Positions 27,101 through 36,391 are shown, counted from the first letter of the stretch. The stretch is 64,000 nucleotides of DNA from an uncultured bacterium (GCA_900548385.1 URKJ01000002.1:36212-100211); one strand, 5' to 3'. Notes: a model not told the origin generated them from the sequence alone. Numbers and translations are program-made.

Positions 27101-29432
27101 ATTCCCGGTACAGCGCCATATCCTCGCCCTCATACGGCGGCATCGGAAACAGATTGTAAAGTCCCTGCCGATCCGATTCCCGCAGATAAGGAACGAATCC
27201 GCGCTCGCTGTTCCTCTCCAGTGGATTGAAGCGAACCGTATTGTAATTCATCTCTTTGGCATGGGCGACGTATGCCGCCATTCCACGTTCGCTACCGTAA
27301 AACACACTCGTCCGTTCCACGGCGGGATGCGCCCACATCCGCAGACGCGTCTTCCTGCCGTTCAGACGGAACTCCCCGTTCTCCACCCACATCTCGCGGA
27401 AACCGAAATCCGTATCCGGAAGCGCATCCGCTTTCTTTCCGTTGACGGTCAGTGAAACGGATTGCGTATACAGTTCCGGTTTCTCACAATCCCAAAGAAC
27501 GGGATCGCGCCAGTTCTCCCGGAACACCACACGCTGATCCGCCTCTCCCGTCAACGGAAACTGCCGGATAAAAACTTTGTCTCGTTCTCCCGGACGGTGA
27601 TAGCGGAATTCAACCGCCCCCTCACCCTTTATGCCCTGCGGATTCCGGATCCGGGTGCGCATCTCCAGATGTTTCTTCCGGAACGACGGAAACGCAACTG
27701 CGTTTTTCAACGACACCGGAGACGGCGACGACTCCAGCCAGACGTCATCCAGCGCCAGCGCATGATGATCCCCGCGGTCCGGATAGATCTGCCAGAGCGC
27801 CACGATGGAACGGTCCAGAAAAACCGTCACAACGTTCTCTTTCTCCAGCCAGTCGGTCACGTCGATCCGGCGGGCATTGGGAACAACTTGAAGCGCGCGG
27901 AAATCCTGACGGAACGAATCCAGAAGTCTGCCGTTCAGATAGACGCGTCCGTAGTTTCCGTGCAGATTGCTGAAGTTCAGCCAGATGCGCGTTCCTTTCC
28001 ACTCATCCGGCACGGTGAACGAACGCTGATACCATCCCGCCGTGTCGATCCGGCGCGGAGTCTCCTGAGGCGTAAGTTTGCCGTCTTTCTCATAATAATG
28101 GTGAAAATGCCGGGAACGCGGACTTCCAGGAACGCGCGAATAGAGCTGCCGGACCTCACGCAGAGGCGCATAGGAGTAATTCTCCGCACGGAACATACGC
28201 CATACGCCATTCAGGGAGACACTGCAGCGAACGCCTCCGTGAGTCCGCCGTTCGGCATCTTCAAGGCTCCACAGCTTCCGTTCCAGCGGCGACGCCGTTT
28301 TCACATTCAGCAGCGCAAGGTCCTGCGCGGAAGGGATCTGCGCGGCGGGATCCAGCGTCACGCCGTCCGCCACTTCCACCGAGGTCAGCCTTTCCCATCC
28401 ATCCGGCAGTTCAATGCGGCCCTGCGGTGCGTCGTCGAAACAGACCCGCATCCGTCCGCCTTCCGGTTCCAGCGTGAGCTTCAACGGTCGCGTCAAATCC
28501 AGAACATAGGGCGATTCCAGCACTTTCCCGCCCGCATTCAACGCGAGATTGCCGGAAGCCCCCATCGCGGTAACGGTCAGCGTCCGTTTTCCGCTTTTCA
28601 GCACAAGCAGCGGAGACGGTGCGGACAGACGTTTCGTCCGGAACCGGAGCACGGTCTCCATCCGTCCCCCATCCCGGCGGACGGAGTTCAGCGGCAGTTT
28701 CCGCAAACTCTGTTTTCTGCCGCCGATGGCTTCTGCAAGGACCTCGTCATCGGAGAGCTGACGGTCGTAAATCCGGAGGTCGTCATACGCGCCCCCGCCG
28801 ACTTCAGCTTTGAAACGGTCCGATCCGGCTTTGCCGAGCCAGATGTTCAGAGCGGTTTTCAGACGGAAATCCGGCTTTTTCCATTTCTCCTCGGAACGCT
28901 TTCCGGCAGGACGCCCGTCAATGTAAACGGCGACTTCCCCTTTCGGAATGCTCCACGAAAACGCCAGATGAACCCATTTTCCCGCTTTCAGCGGATTTTT
29001 CACAATAACCTGCCGCTGATCCGGCGCGCAAACGCTCAGTTCCAGCCCTCCGGTATTCTTCGGCTTGATGAAATAAAACCGGAACTGTTCCGGCTTATAT
29101 CCGTAAACAAGCCAGTGATCACCGGGCGCGGCGCCGTCCCATTCCGGCTTGAAAAAGAAAGAAACAGTCCCTTCCCGGCACTCCATTTCCGGAAGACGGT
29201 TCATATTCAGGGTTGTTGCCTGGTCATAAGCATACCGGCGGACTTCCAAAGCCCGTCCGTTCACGCCGTCCACATAACGCGGCTGACCGGAAATCTGCGC
29301 CGCATGATAGCGTTCCCCGCTCGGTCCGCTGATATCCGCCGTTCCATCCAGCGGAAGATACAACTGCGGAGCCGCCGAAGAAAGCAACGGCACACCGCAG
29401 GCCAGAACTATTTTCATGATACGATTCATCAT
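24138..29432 (-). CDS. Giant secreted LamG/ConA-like + GH2-like multidomain glycosidase (paralogue 1)
   Basis: Start set at the ATG at 29432, directly after GGAGGAGGAG (1764 aa); the track ORF extends to 29546, across the upstream gene's stop. Signal peptide MMNRIMKIVLACGVPLLSSA. LamG-like N-domain. GH2-like order of blocks: LNGVWRM.., WLNFSNLHGNYGRVYLNGRLL, FGFREMWVENGEFRLNGRKTRLR, MNYNTVRF, NYPSILMWYTDMN, QPLMVVES. C-terminal galactose-binding-like domain. Confidence 0.65.
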   Translation of the reverse strand: MMNRIMKIVLACGVPLLSSAAPQLYLPLDGTADISGPSGERYHAAQISGQPRYVDGVNGRALEVRRYAYDQATTLNMNRLPEMECREGTVSFFFKPEWDGAAPGDHWLVYGYKPEQFRFYFIKPKNTGGLELSVCAPDQRQVIVKNPLKAGKWVHLAFSWSIPKGEVAVYIDGRPAGKRSEEKWKKPDFRLKTALNIWLGKAGSDRFKAEVGGGAYDDLRIYDRQLSDDEVLAEAIGGRKQSLRKLPLNSVRRDGGRMETVLRFRTKRLSAPSPLLVLKSGKRTLTVTAMGASGNLALNAGGKVLESPYVLDLTRPLKLTLEPEGGRMRVCFDDAPQGRIELPDGWERLTSVEVADGVTLDPAAQIPSAQDLALLNVKTASPLERKLWSLEDAERRTHGGVRCSVSLNGVWRMFRAENYSYAPLREVRQLYSRVPGSPRSRHFHHYYEKDGKLTPQETPRRIDTAGWYQRSFTVPDEWKGTRIWLNFSNLHGNYGRVYLNGRLLDSFRQDFRALQVVPNARRIDVTDWLEKENVVTVFLDRSIVALWQIYPDRGDHHALALDDVWLESSPSPVSLKNAVAFPSFRKKHLEMRTRIRNPQGIKGEGAVEFRYHRPGERDKVFIRQFPLTGEADQRVVFRENWRDPVLWDCEKPELYTQSVSLTVNGKKADALPDTDFGFREMWVENGEFRLNGRKTRLRMWAHPAVERTSVFYGSERGMAAYVAHAKEMNYNTVRFNPLERNSERGFVPYLRESDRQGLYNLFPMPPYEGEDMALYREWVERFLEHYGNYPSILMWYTDMNTCHYPWCQDPAKLTDTAYVPQKRVRARAFARVAETLMRSLDPSRELFQHAGGNSGKIFTSMNYQSMGTPLQEQEDWPKQWSESERKQPLMVVESNFTFQRQFEYFDGPVGRIMAAEHAARFFGDSVFARENRPVPYLSDGIFSAYAARNANYNAVCELMYRNVVRAWRAYDMSALGDFQHGYDLYQAFRSYGSMYNHRAVAKVDNRVKTAGAKPDRPGYTDQMTDFSRPEGLYHVMREAFRPLLVFLGGRTDDFTSKDHAFFSGEKFEKSIVAVNDRTTPQKLRFRWEFRLEGKTVSQGEESATVSPGGILKHPIRLSAPEVAKRSEGKLLLEIYRNGTAYGTDELALQVFPKHVPPEFHNVSAGLYDPVGKTEAMLRKAGFPFRKVATPDDAGQCRLLIIGQEALGEHVPEFLQQLEREERVEHGLKILIFEQKQCNLGNLVFESPSYRNAFIRRPDSLYVRGLKDGDFSDWRGSADSVPAFVLSAEETPHYPRSKWKCGNGGIVAGNVIRKPSYGNFTTIVDCGFNLMFAALMELRKEHGQILFCQLDVTSRYGLDPVATRLVDNMLVEMSRPNLPLLAQSVVYLGDAEHEKQLRRMGMVYEKLSGEDPAEIGNRQVVILGRNPVPENRKAAFRKDFAAHRERAYVALPGAPLDLLPVKLKTAKRPVFRALVPKHDPLFAGIPDADLYFREAREMDVLDAPPEWTVTTLPALFGRYDFRTGAVIVMNLSPAQMEESFWMREKVSRVWNAIFNNMNIALGRDLKLFSSPRMRHNTVTPLFAETVLKDGMLKLDGRNSGKVSDTVGFKPYKLGVCWEKQGFTQNNPYYRYPSETPANMKKMYDGYAWIRVKVTIPEAWKRFTLRLAGGPVDDADWTYFNGVKIGETTLDKVPNAHAVKRNYRIPPELIRFGGENTLTIRVYDRWGAGGVTGPLKIVVEDPQVRDSWSPYVDKLNFYDVDAYHNW

Positions 29433-29473
29433 AAATCTCCTCCTCCTTATATCTTTGATCAGTGAACAATAAA

Positions 29474-30292
29474 TCAGCGTTTCTCTCTGCCGATCCAGAA
29501 ACTGTTTGCACCCGGAGTATTGCTGACATAAGTGTCTGTCGGGCACTCCGCCAGAACCCGTTTTTCGCTGTAAGAGGCAACATGTCCGTCGCAGAACAGC
29601 ATATTGCCGGTTCCGGAATGCGGAACATTGCCGTTAAACTTGTGCCAGTGCCAGCAACTGACGAATGGACTTGCCTGATAGATCTCCGCGACCAGAAGCG
29701 CTTTGCTCGGCGTATGAACCAGTTTCAGCGTTTTATAGCCAGCCTTTGCTTCTTCGGAATCCGCCGCGATTCCGTCTTTCAATCCGAACCCGGTATTGTT
29801 CAGTTCCTTGTTCATTCCGTACCGGAACCGGTCGCCTTGGCTTCCGCCGTAAGGAAAATCATTTTTCCGGAACTGGGTCGGAACAACAGGACTCTTACAC
29901 CAGAAGAACGAACTGCGCATCATCCCCTTGGTCTTTCCCTCCGTATTGGGATTCCCCGGGTTATCCATATTCGGATAGGTATTGAGATAAGAACCGAGCT
30001 TGGTGAACCAGCCGATATTCGCGGGATCGTCGGTAACACCCGCACCCGCATCGTAACCGTTGTAACAAAGCGGCAGAAACTGATCGTTATCGTTGGCATA
30101 CATGAAAAACGCGGTCCCGATCTGCTTCTCCCGGCTCCGGCAGTCTGCCGCACGCGCGGCTTCCCTCGCCTTGTTGAACGCCGGAAGAATCATTCCGGCA
30201 AGAATTGCAATGATTGCAATTACGATGAGAAGTTCTATAAGAGAGAACTTCAACACCCTTTTAATCCGTTTATTGCTCCGTTTCATACTCAT
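29474..30292 (-). CDS. Pseudopilin-like protein B (prepilin-type N-terminus + H-X9-DG)
   Basis: MSMKRSNKRIKRVLKFSLIELLIVIAIIAILAGMILPAFNKAREAA... C-terminal HSGTGNMLFCDGH. Lies 41 nt upstream of the giant hydrolase. Confidence 0.85.
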   Translation of the reverse strand: MSMKRSNKRIKRVLKFSLIELLIVIAIIAILAGMILPAFNKAREAARAADCRSREKQIGTAFFMYANDNDQFLPLCYNGYDAGAGVTDDPANIGWFTKLGSYLNTYPNMDNPGNPNTEGKTKGMMRSSFFWCKSPVVPTQFRKNDFPYGGSQGDRFRYGMNKELNNTGFGLKDGIAADSEEAKAGYKTLKLVHTPSKALLVAEIYQASPFVSCWHWHKFNGNVPHSGTGNMLFCDGHVASYSEKRVLAECPTDTYVSNTPGANSFWIGREKR

Positions 30293-30341
30293 TTTCCATT
30301 CCTTTCTCTTTTTCTGTTATATTTTTTTGAGACAATATGTT

Positions 30342-31295
30342 TCAGCAGTACCGCACAAACTCCGCCGGCGGCAGATAAATGACTTCCTCCCGCGGCAGGG
30401 TGGGCTGCTCCAGCCGGTCGACCAGCAGACGCACCCCGCGGCGCGCCTTCTCCGCGGTGCAGGTTCTGATCGCACCGATGATCTGCGGACTTTCCCGCAG
30501 AATGCGGAATTCATCCACGCCGATGATCAGTTCCGGAAAATATCCGGGGATCGTTTCCAGACGGTTCAGCACATCATACAGAGTCATACCGTTCAGCAGA
30601 ATCGCGCTTGGCCGTTCCTCTTCAATATACCGGAGGATCTCCCCGCGTTCCTCCGCGGAATAATAAGTTTTATGAACGAGTTCGATTCCCGCCTGTTCCG
30701 CCGCAATGTCCAGTAAACGGTTCCACGGAAGCATGCGGTCAAAATAACCGAACATGCTCGTATGCCCGCGTTCCTTGAAACAGCGGCAGGCTTCCAGCAG
30801 AGCGGCGGAGATATCGCAGAGCAGGCTGACGGCATCCGGTTCCGGATAAGTGAAGCGGAGAACGGGAATCCCGTTTGCCCGCAAAAGCTCCCGTTGCGGC
30901 ACATCGGCAATCGAAACGGCGGTCAACAGACCGTCGATCCGGTTCCGCATCAGGAAATCCAGCGCCTCCCCCTTCTCTTTGGACGAGTGTCTGGTAACGG
31001 CGATGATCGGAGAATAATCAAGCTGACGGGCGGCGTTCAGCACCTCCTCGGTCAGATGTCCGAAATAGCAGTCGGAAATGTTGCCGACCAGAAAACCGAT
31101 GTTCCGACTCTTTCCGGTCCGCAGGGAACGCGCGAAACGGTTCGGGCGGTAATTCAACTTTTTGACCGCATCGCCGATCCGCTCCGCAGTCTCTCTGCTC
31201 ATGCGTCCGGCTTTGCTTCCGCTCAGATAATAGGAAACCAGCGCTTTCGACACACCGGCTTCCCGTGCAATATCTTTCAAAGTTACCATTTTCAC
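30342..31295 (-). CDS. LacI-family transcriptional regulator
   Basis: MKMVTLKDIAREAGVSKALVSYYLSG...YRPNRFARSLRTGKSRNIG HTH plus a sugar-binding domain. Lies 49 nt upstream of pseudopilin B. Confidence 0.9.
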   Translation of the reverse strand: MKMVTLKDIAREAGVSKALVSYYLSGSKAGRMSRETAERIGDAVKKLNYRPNRFARSLRTGKSRNIGFLVGNISDCYFGHLTEEVLNAARQLDYSPIIAVTRHSSKEKGEALDFLMRNRIDGLLTAVSIADVPQRELLRANGIPVLRFTYPEPDAVSLLCDISAALLEACRCFKERGHTSMFGYFDRMLPWNRLLDIAAEQAGIELVHKTYYSAEERGEILRYIEEERPSAILLNGMTLYDVLNRLETIPGYFPELIIGVDEFRILRESPQIIGAIRTCTAEKARRGVRLLVDRLEQPTLPREEVIYLPPAEFVRYC

Positions 31296-31302
31296 CCTTT
31301 GC

Positions 31303-31347
31303 TTAACCGTTTAACTAAATTATACTATATATTCGCAGAAAAGTCAA
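31303..31347 (-). promoter_or_regulatory. Candidate promoter plus overlapping LacI-type operator for the 30342..31295 regulator operon
   Basis: Reverse strand reads TTGACT (31347-31342), 17 nt, TATAAT (31324-31319), then the palindrome TTAAACGGTTAA (31314-31303; 10 of 12 positions symmetric, central CG) a few nt downstream of the -10. Confidence 0.45.
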
Positions 31348-31390
31348 GAGGGGAATTTTATTTTTCTTTTCAAAAAATCGGAAAAAAATA

Positions 31391-31546
31391 ATTTTTTTGA
31401 ACTTTTTATCATTTTTCAAGAAAACAGGGATTGACATTTCCACAGGATTGTACTATAATTAAAATGATGTGGAAAAATGTTTGGCAGAAAGTATCGCCTT
31501 GACAGGAAAAATTCCGGACGGATTCCACACCTTTCCGGAAGTAAAG
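31391..31546 (+). promoter_or_regulatory. Conserved promoter + 5' leader block, copy C
   Basis: TTGACA (31431-31436), 17 nt, TATAAT (31454-31459), preceded by a T/A-rich UP-like tract. Followed by a leader (AATGATGTGGAAAAATGTTTGGCAGAAAG...TTCCGGACGGATTCCACACCTTTCCGGAAGTAAAG) that matches copies D and E nearly base for base. Confidence 0.6.
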
Positions 31547-31617
31547 TCCCGTTGAGCCGATTTCAAAAGTATTGGCTCTACAAATAAAAAAACAGACTGT
31601 TAAAAGGATTTGAAACG

Positions 31618-32415
31618 ATGAAAATGAAGGCTGAGAACGCAATATCCCATACACATTTTACCCTTGTAGAACTCCTGGTCGTAATTGCGGTGATTGCAAT
31701 CCTTGCAAGCCTTCTTCTGCCGGCACTGAACTCGGCGAGAGAAAAAGCCCACTCCGTCTCCTGTACCAACAACCTGAAATCCCTGGGACTGGCTTCCATA
31801 CAATATTCCGGCGATTCCGAAGACTGGCTGGTCCCGAACTGGAACGGCGACGGAACGGAATACTCTGTCCAAAACGGCAAGGAACGAACATGGATCGGTC
31901 TGTTGTGCGGATTCGATAAAGAGGCCGGCACCAACTGGAAACTCTGGAGCAGACCGGGGCCTTACGGCATCGCATGGAGCTGCAACCCAAGTCCCTCCGG
32001 CAACGGTTCACCGCCTCCGCGAAGAGCCGGACAGTTTTCCTGTCCGGCAGATCCGACACTGCTGACGTGGGGAAGTTATCTGACGAATTATCATATCAAT
32101 CCTTACCTGCATGGAGGTGCCGTGAACAGCAATGACGACCGGCCCGGCAATACCAGAAAGATCACGCAGATTACCAGTCCGGCACAGGCGGTCAGCATGG
32201 CGGAGGGGCTGAGACCGTCGGCAATCTTCGTGTATGGCATGGACTACAACGGCAGCGGCTCCGGAAAGACGGTCAACTACACCCGTCACACCGGAACCGC
32301 CGGATATCTGCTCACAGACGGACACGTCGCCAGAATGAGCGAAGCCCGTGCTTTGAGTACGCACGGATACGATGGCACCGCCAACCGCATTTTGAGAGCC
32401 GGTTTCCGTCCGTAA
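31618..32415 (+). CDS. Pseudopilin-like protein C (prepilin-type N-terminus + H-X9-DG)
   Basis: [44 protein letters not shown]... C-terminal [13 protein letters not shown]. Lies 42 nt upstream of the next hydrolase. Confidence 0.85.
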   Translation: MKMKAENAISHTHFTLVELLVVIAVIAILASLLLPALNSAREKAHSVSCTNNLKSLGLASIQYSGDSEDWLVPNWNGDGTEYSVQNGKERTWIGLLCGFDKEAGTNWKLWSRPGPYGIAWSCNPSPSGNGSPPPRRAGQFSCPADPTLLTWGSYLTNYHINPYLHGGAVNSNDDRPGNTRKITQITSPAQAVSMAEGLRPSAIFVYGMDYNGSGSGKTVNYTRHTGTAGYLLTDGHVARMSEARALSTHGYDGTANRILRAGFRP

Positions 32416-32457
32416 CACGGAAAAGAAAATTTTTCACCCCCCTTACAGGAGAAACAG

Positions 32458-35400
32458 ATGAAAGAAACAGCAACATTCCTGCTGTGCTGCGGAGCCGCTC
32501 TGCTGGCGACGGGCGGAACGATCAACAACAATTCCACCGCAGAGCTCGGAACCCTGAACGGTCCGGTTCCCGGTGTAAAATTCGAACATATACAGATCGC
32601 AAGAGATGTCACAAGGGCAAATCCGGAGCGAATCTATTATCCGGTCACGGTCAATGGTGGCAATCCCGGAAAATGCATGATGCTCCCCGGTTACAGGGGA
32701 CTCCGCTCCTACCGTTTCTCCCTGGAAGATTTTTACATCCGCGAAGCCTGCGAAGTGGAAATCTCTTTCGACGCCAAAGCCGGAGCGAACGAAGACGGCA
32801 AATACACGCCGAATCAGCTGTTCCGTGTGGATTTCCGCGCGAATACCGACGGAGACCGCGACAAATACTATCCGATGCTCAAGGGATTTACGTTCCGTCC
32901 CTCGGACAAATGGCAGAGATTTTCCAAACGCTTCAAAATCAAGGGATATACGAATTTTTACAGCATCTGGGTCATGCCGGGCGCCGGGAAAAACGTCAAC
33001 ACGCTTTATCTGGACAACTTCCGCTTTGCCCGCGTCGGAGCTCCGACAAAACCGCAGGAGGAGTACTCCGTGACATTCGATAAAATCGAATCGCTCTACC
33101 GCTCCGGAGAGCCGGTGAAAATGACTTTCCGCGCGCTTCTCGATACACAGGAGAAAGAGCTTCGGGGAACCATCGGCATCCGGTTCTTCCACGATGGAAA
33201 GCAAGTCGCCGAGCTCCCCGTTGCATTGACCCGTCAGACGGACGGCGTTTACGAGGGGACCGCTCTCTGGAAGCCGGATCTCCACGGAGCATTCGCCGTT
33301 TATTTGAATCTGAAAGGAAGAACGCCGGAACGGATCGGCGGAGATTTTGCGATCATTCATGATCCCGTCCAGCATCCGCGCTTCTCTCCCGGCTGGGCTT
33401 TGGGATCGAACACGGAGAACGGCATCCGGTTCTATGCCGTGGATGTTCTCGACACCACGTTCATCTGCCTCGCGGGAGGCGTTGAAAAGACGTTCCGCGA
33501 CATGCGGCTCAGCGGGCAGTCGATCGGCAGGGTCTGGGGACACTGGCGCGCGACCGAACCGGAACCGGGAAAATTCAGCAAAAATCCTCTCGACGACACA
33601 ATCCGGATGATGAAGAAACACCGCATCGAACCGGTCTTCTGCCTGGTCGGCAGCTTCAATACCAGGCCGGACATACAACAGGTGCTCAAAAAAGGACAAC
33701 ACGGATTCCCCGCGCATCTGGCAAAGTGGCACACGGTCACAAAGGACAACCGGGACGCGGTGCTCATGATCCCCGTCAAAGGCGTCTATGACCGCTATCT
33801 GGATTTTGTCCTGAACACCTGGAAAGACGATGTCAGAATATGGGAAATGAGCAACGAGCCGGGGCTCCTCATCCGTCCGCCGGACGGACATGCGAAATGG
33901 TTCATTGATCTCTGCAAATACACCTATGAGACGATCAAAAAGACACAGCCGGACTCCATCGTGCTCGGCAACGGCGTAACCGGAGACTTCGGCATGAACA
34001 TCGTCGGCTGGTGCAATCAGCTGAACCGGGAAAATCCGGATTATGTGAACTGGCTCGACGGAGTTGCATTTCATCCCTATAACTGCGGGCTCGACTACAT
34101 GAACGGCATGTACTTCCGCTACCGCGACGTCGTCCGTGACATTTCCAAAACACTGAAAGTCAAAAAGCCGCTCTGGAACACGGAAAACTATTATCTTGCA
34201 ACCGCTTACGGCAAACAGATCAATTATTACCTGAACAAGGAACGTTTCGGAGCAAATGAGGTCGCGCGTCAGTTCCTCGACGGATTCCTGAACGGAGTCA
34301 AGGCGACGATGGCAAATACGACGACCGCTTTCTACCGCCAGGTGAACGTGAACGGACTTGCGGCGCCGAACGACGTATTCGCCGCAACGAACGCGCTCTC
34401 CGTTCTGTTGAAAGAGATGGATAACGTCCGGGAGCTGCCGCTTTCCCAATGGGTCCGCGCCGGAATGTTCCTGAGCCGGGACGGAAAGAAGGCGCTCGGA
34501 TTCCTTTACGATATGCGTCCGTCGGGCAGCACATGGATTCCCGGAAAGGCGGCGGCACAGGTGTTGGACATCTACGGCAATCCGGTCAACCAAAAGGAAT
34601 ACACGCTCAAATTCGAACCGTATTACGTCACCGGAACTCCCGCCGGAGTCCGGGAACTGTTGGAAAAATCGCAATTCCGTCTGCAAAACCCGGTGGAGGT
34701 CCGCGCACGCCGGTTCGGGGAGACAGTCTTTTTCGAAGGGAAAAATCTGACCGGACTCCCGATTGAAATCGAAGCGGAAACCGGTTCACTGCCGGTAAGC
34801 TTCTCTTTCCGTCAGGATCCCCGGCTGAGCACGGTCGCGGTCGACGGCTTCAACGGTTCCCTGAAAAACATCCCCCTGATTCCGGATACGCCGCAGTATC
34901 GTCTTCCCGCGAAACTCAAACTGGAAAACGGAAGCGCGATGAACGTCTCGTTCGACGGAAAGATGCTGATCGTCGAAGCGGAGGTTAAAGACCCGCAGGT
35001 CCGTCCGGGAAAAGTCTTTCACGAAGGCAGTTGTGTTGAACTGTTCATCGACGACCAACCGTTCCGCAATCTTGCACGGAATGCGGTACACCCGCTTCAG
35101 TTTTATGGAACGCCCGACGGCGGAAGAGGCGTTTTGAAAGGAGGGAAACGCCGGGATGTTCCCTTTGAATTCAAACAGGAAAAAACGCAGTCCGGCTGGC
35201 GCGCGGAATTCCGCATTCCGGTTCAAAAAGAGTATATCGGAATGGACCTGATCGTCACCCGCGGCGACGGCGAAAAAGAACGGATCAGCGGAATTCAGAG
35301 GGGTACTTCATACAAAGACCGCTTCCATTATCCGCTGTTCAAGCTCGGCTGGAGGGAGTTTCTGAAAAACGGATCCTTTGAACAGAGCCGTTTTGGAGCA

Positions 35401-35841
35401 CCCGACCACTGGTTTTACAGCGTCCGGAACGGAAGCTCTTTCCTGTGTGCGGAGAACTGCGGGCGCTCCGGAAAAGGGATGATGGTGGAAGTGGTCGGAG
35501 AACAGTCCGCACCGTCGGTGATCCATCAGCGTGCGGAATTCCCCGCAGGCAAATACCGGAAAGGGACTCTGAGCTTCACCGCAAAGCTGGAAAACGTAAA
35601 AACGAGTGCGGAAGGCAAAGGAAAACACGGGCTCTCCATCCGCTTCGTCATGAACCGTCACGGAGAAAATTACGCGGAAAAATATCTGAAAAAGGATATC
35701 ACCGGAACCAGCGGCTGGAAGCTGTATCAGATCCCGGTCGAACTGAAAAACAACACGGATTTTCTGGATGTCGAGCTCGGACTGGAGGCAGCTTCGACCG
35801 GAAAAGTATTTTTTGACGACATCAAACTGGAACTGGAATAA
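32458..35841 (+). CDS. Secreted multidomain glycoside hydrolase (clan GH-A-like core, CBM-like modules)
   Basis: 1127 aa. Signal peptide MKETATFLLCCGAALLATG. VRIWEMSNEPG acid/base-type motif and a later KKPLWNTENYY. CBM9-like segment (VEAEVKDPQVRPGKVFHEGSCVELFIDDQP). C-terminal NGSFEQ-type CBM4/9-like jelly roll. Confidence 0.6.
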   Translation: MKETATFLLCCGAALLATGGTINNNSTAELGTLNGPVPGVKFEHIQIARDVTRANPERIYYPVTVNGGNPGKCMMLPGYRGLRSYRFSLEDFYIREACEVEISFDAKAGANEDGKYTPNQLFRVDFRANTDGDRDKYYPMLKGFTFRPSDKWQRFSKRFKIKGYTNFYSIWVMPGAGKNVNTLYLDNFRFARVGAPTKPQEEYSVTFDKIESLYRSGEPVKMTFRALLDTQEKELRGTIGIRFFHDGKQVAELPVALTRQTDGVYEGTALWKPDLHGAFAVYLNLKGRTPERIGGDFAIIHDPVQHPRFSPGWALGSNTENGIRFYAVDVLDTTFICLAGGVEKTFRDMRLSGQSIGRVWGHWRATEPEPGKFSKNPLDDTIRMMKKHRIEPVFCLVGSFNTRPDIQQVLKKGQHGFPAHLAKWHTVTKDNRDAVLMIPVKGVYDRYLDFVLNTWKDDVRIWEMSNEPGLLIRPPDGHAKWFIDLCKYTYETIKKTQPDSIVLGNGVTGDFGMNIVGWCNQLNRENPDYVNWLDGVAFHPYNCGLDYMNGMYFRYRDVVRDISKTLKVKKPLWNTENYYLATAYGKQINYYLNKERFGANEVARQFLDGFLNGVKATMANTTTAFYRQVNVNGLAAPNDVFAATNALSVLLKEMDNVRELPLSQWVRAGMFLSRDGKKALGFLYDMRPSGSTWIPGKAAAQVLDIYGNPVNQKEYTLKFEPYYVTGTPAGVRELLEKSQFRLQNPVEVRARRFGETVFFEGKNLTGLPIEIEAETGSLPVSFSFRQDPRLSTVAVDGFNGSLKNIPLIPDTPQYRLPAKLKLENGSAMNVSFDGKMLIVEAEVKDPQVRPGKVFHEGSCVELFIDDQPFRNLARNAVHPLQFYGTPDGGRGVLKGGKRRDVPFEFKQEKTQSGWRAEFRIPVQKEYIGMDLIVTRGDGEKERISGIQRGTSYKDRFHYPLFKLGWREFLKNGSFEQSRFGAPDHWFYSVRNGSSFLCAENCGRSGKGMMVEVVGEQSAPSVIHQRAEFPAGKYRKGTLSFTAKLENVKTSAEGKGKHGLSIRFVMNRHGENYAEKYLKKDITGTSGWKLYQIPVELKNNTDFLDVELGLEAASTGKVFFDDIKLELE

Positions 35842-35869
35842 CAATCCGAACCCAAAAGGAGATGGTATC

Positions 35870-36391
35870 ATGAAAAGACTGTTTTTCGCTCTCACACTGA
35901 CCGCATCAACTCTTGCATTCGCCGCGGAGGACATCAGAATCGACCTCGCGGCAAAAACCGGACTCATCTGCAACTCCGTTTCCAAAGGAGTAACCGGTTC
36001 TCCCGCCCGCTGGATGAAAGAGCGGCAGGATCAGCGTCTCCTGATCACCGCAAAGTCCGGTCCCGAATGGAAAAAGCACACGTTCACTTTCACACCGAAA
36101 GCCGATGGTCAGGTCGAATTCATCATTATGGGCAATCAAAGAAACCGGGATGTCTGCTACGACAACGTGACAATCAAAGGCGCTGAACTGAAAAACGGCG
36201 ATTTCGAAGAGATGAACTCAAAATCGCTCCCGCAGAACTGGCGCCTCCGGCAGGAAGAGCTCCGCTCCGGCGATGCGGCGTCCGGAAAATACTATGTACA
36301 GACCAATCACGACAAACGGGCAACACAGATCATTACAGTCAAAGGCGGACAGCCTGTCGAAATCAGTTTCATGGCAAAAGCCGCCCGATAA
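35870..36391 (+). CDS. Small secreted CBM-like (jelly-roll) protein
   Basis: Start at the internal ATG after AAAAGGAG. Signal peptide MKRLFFALTLTASTLAFA. ...YDNVTIKGAELKNGDFEE...YYVQTNHDKRATQIITVKGGQPVEISFMAK resembles a single CBM4/9-type module. 173 aa. Confidence 0.5.
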   Translation: MKRLFFALTLTASTLAFAAEDIRIDLAAKTGLICNSVSKGVTGSPARWMKERQDQRLLITAKSGPEWKKHTFTFTPKADGQVEFIIMGNQRNRDVCYDNVTIKGAELKNGDFEEMNSKSLPQNWRLRQEELRSGDAASGKYYVQTNHDKRATQIITVKGGQPVEISFMAKAAR

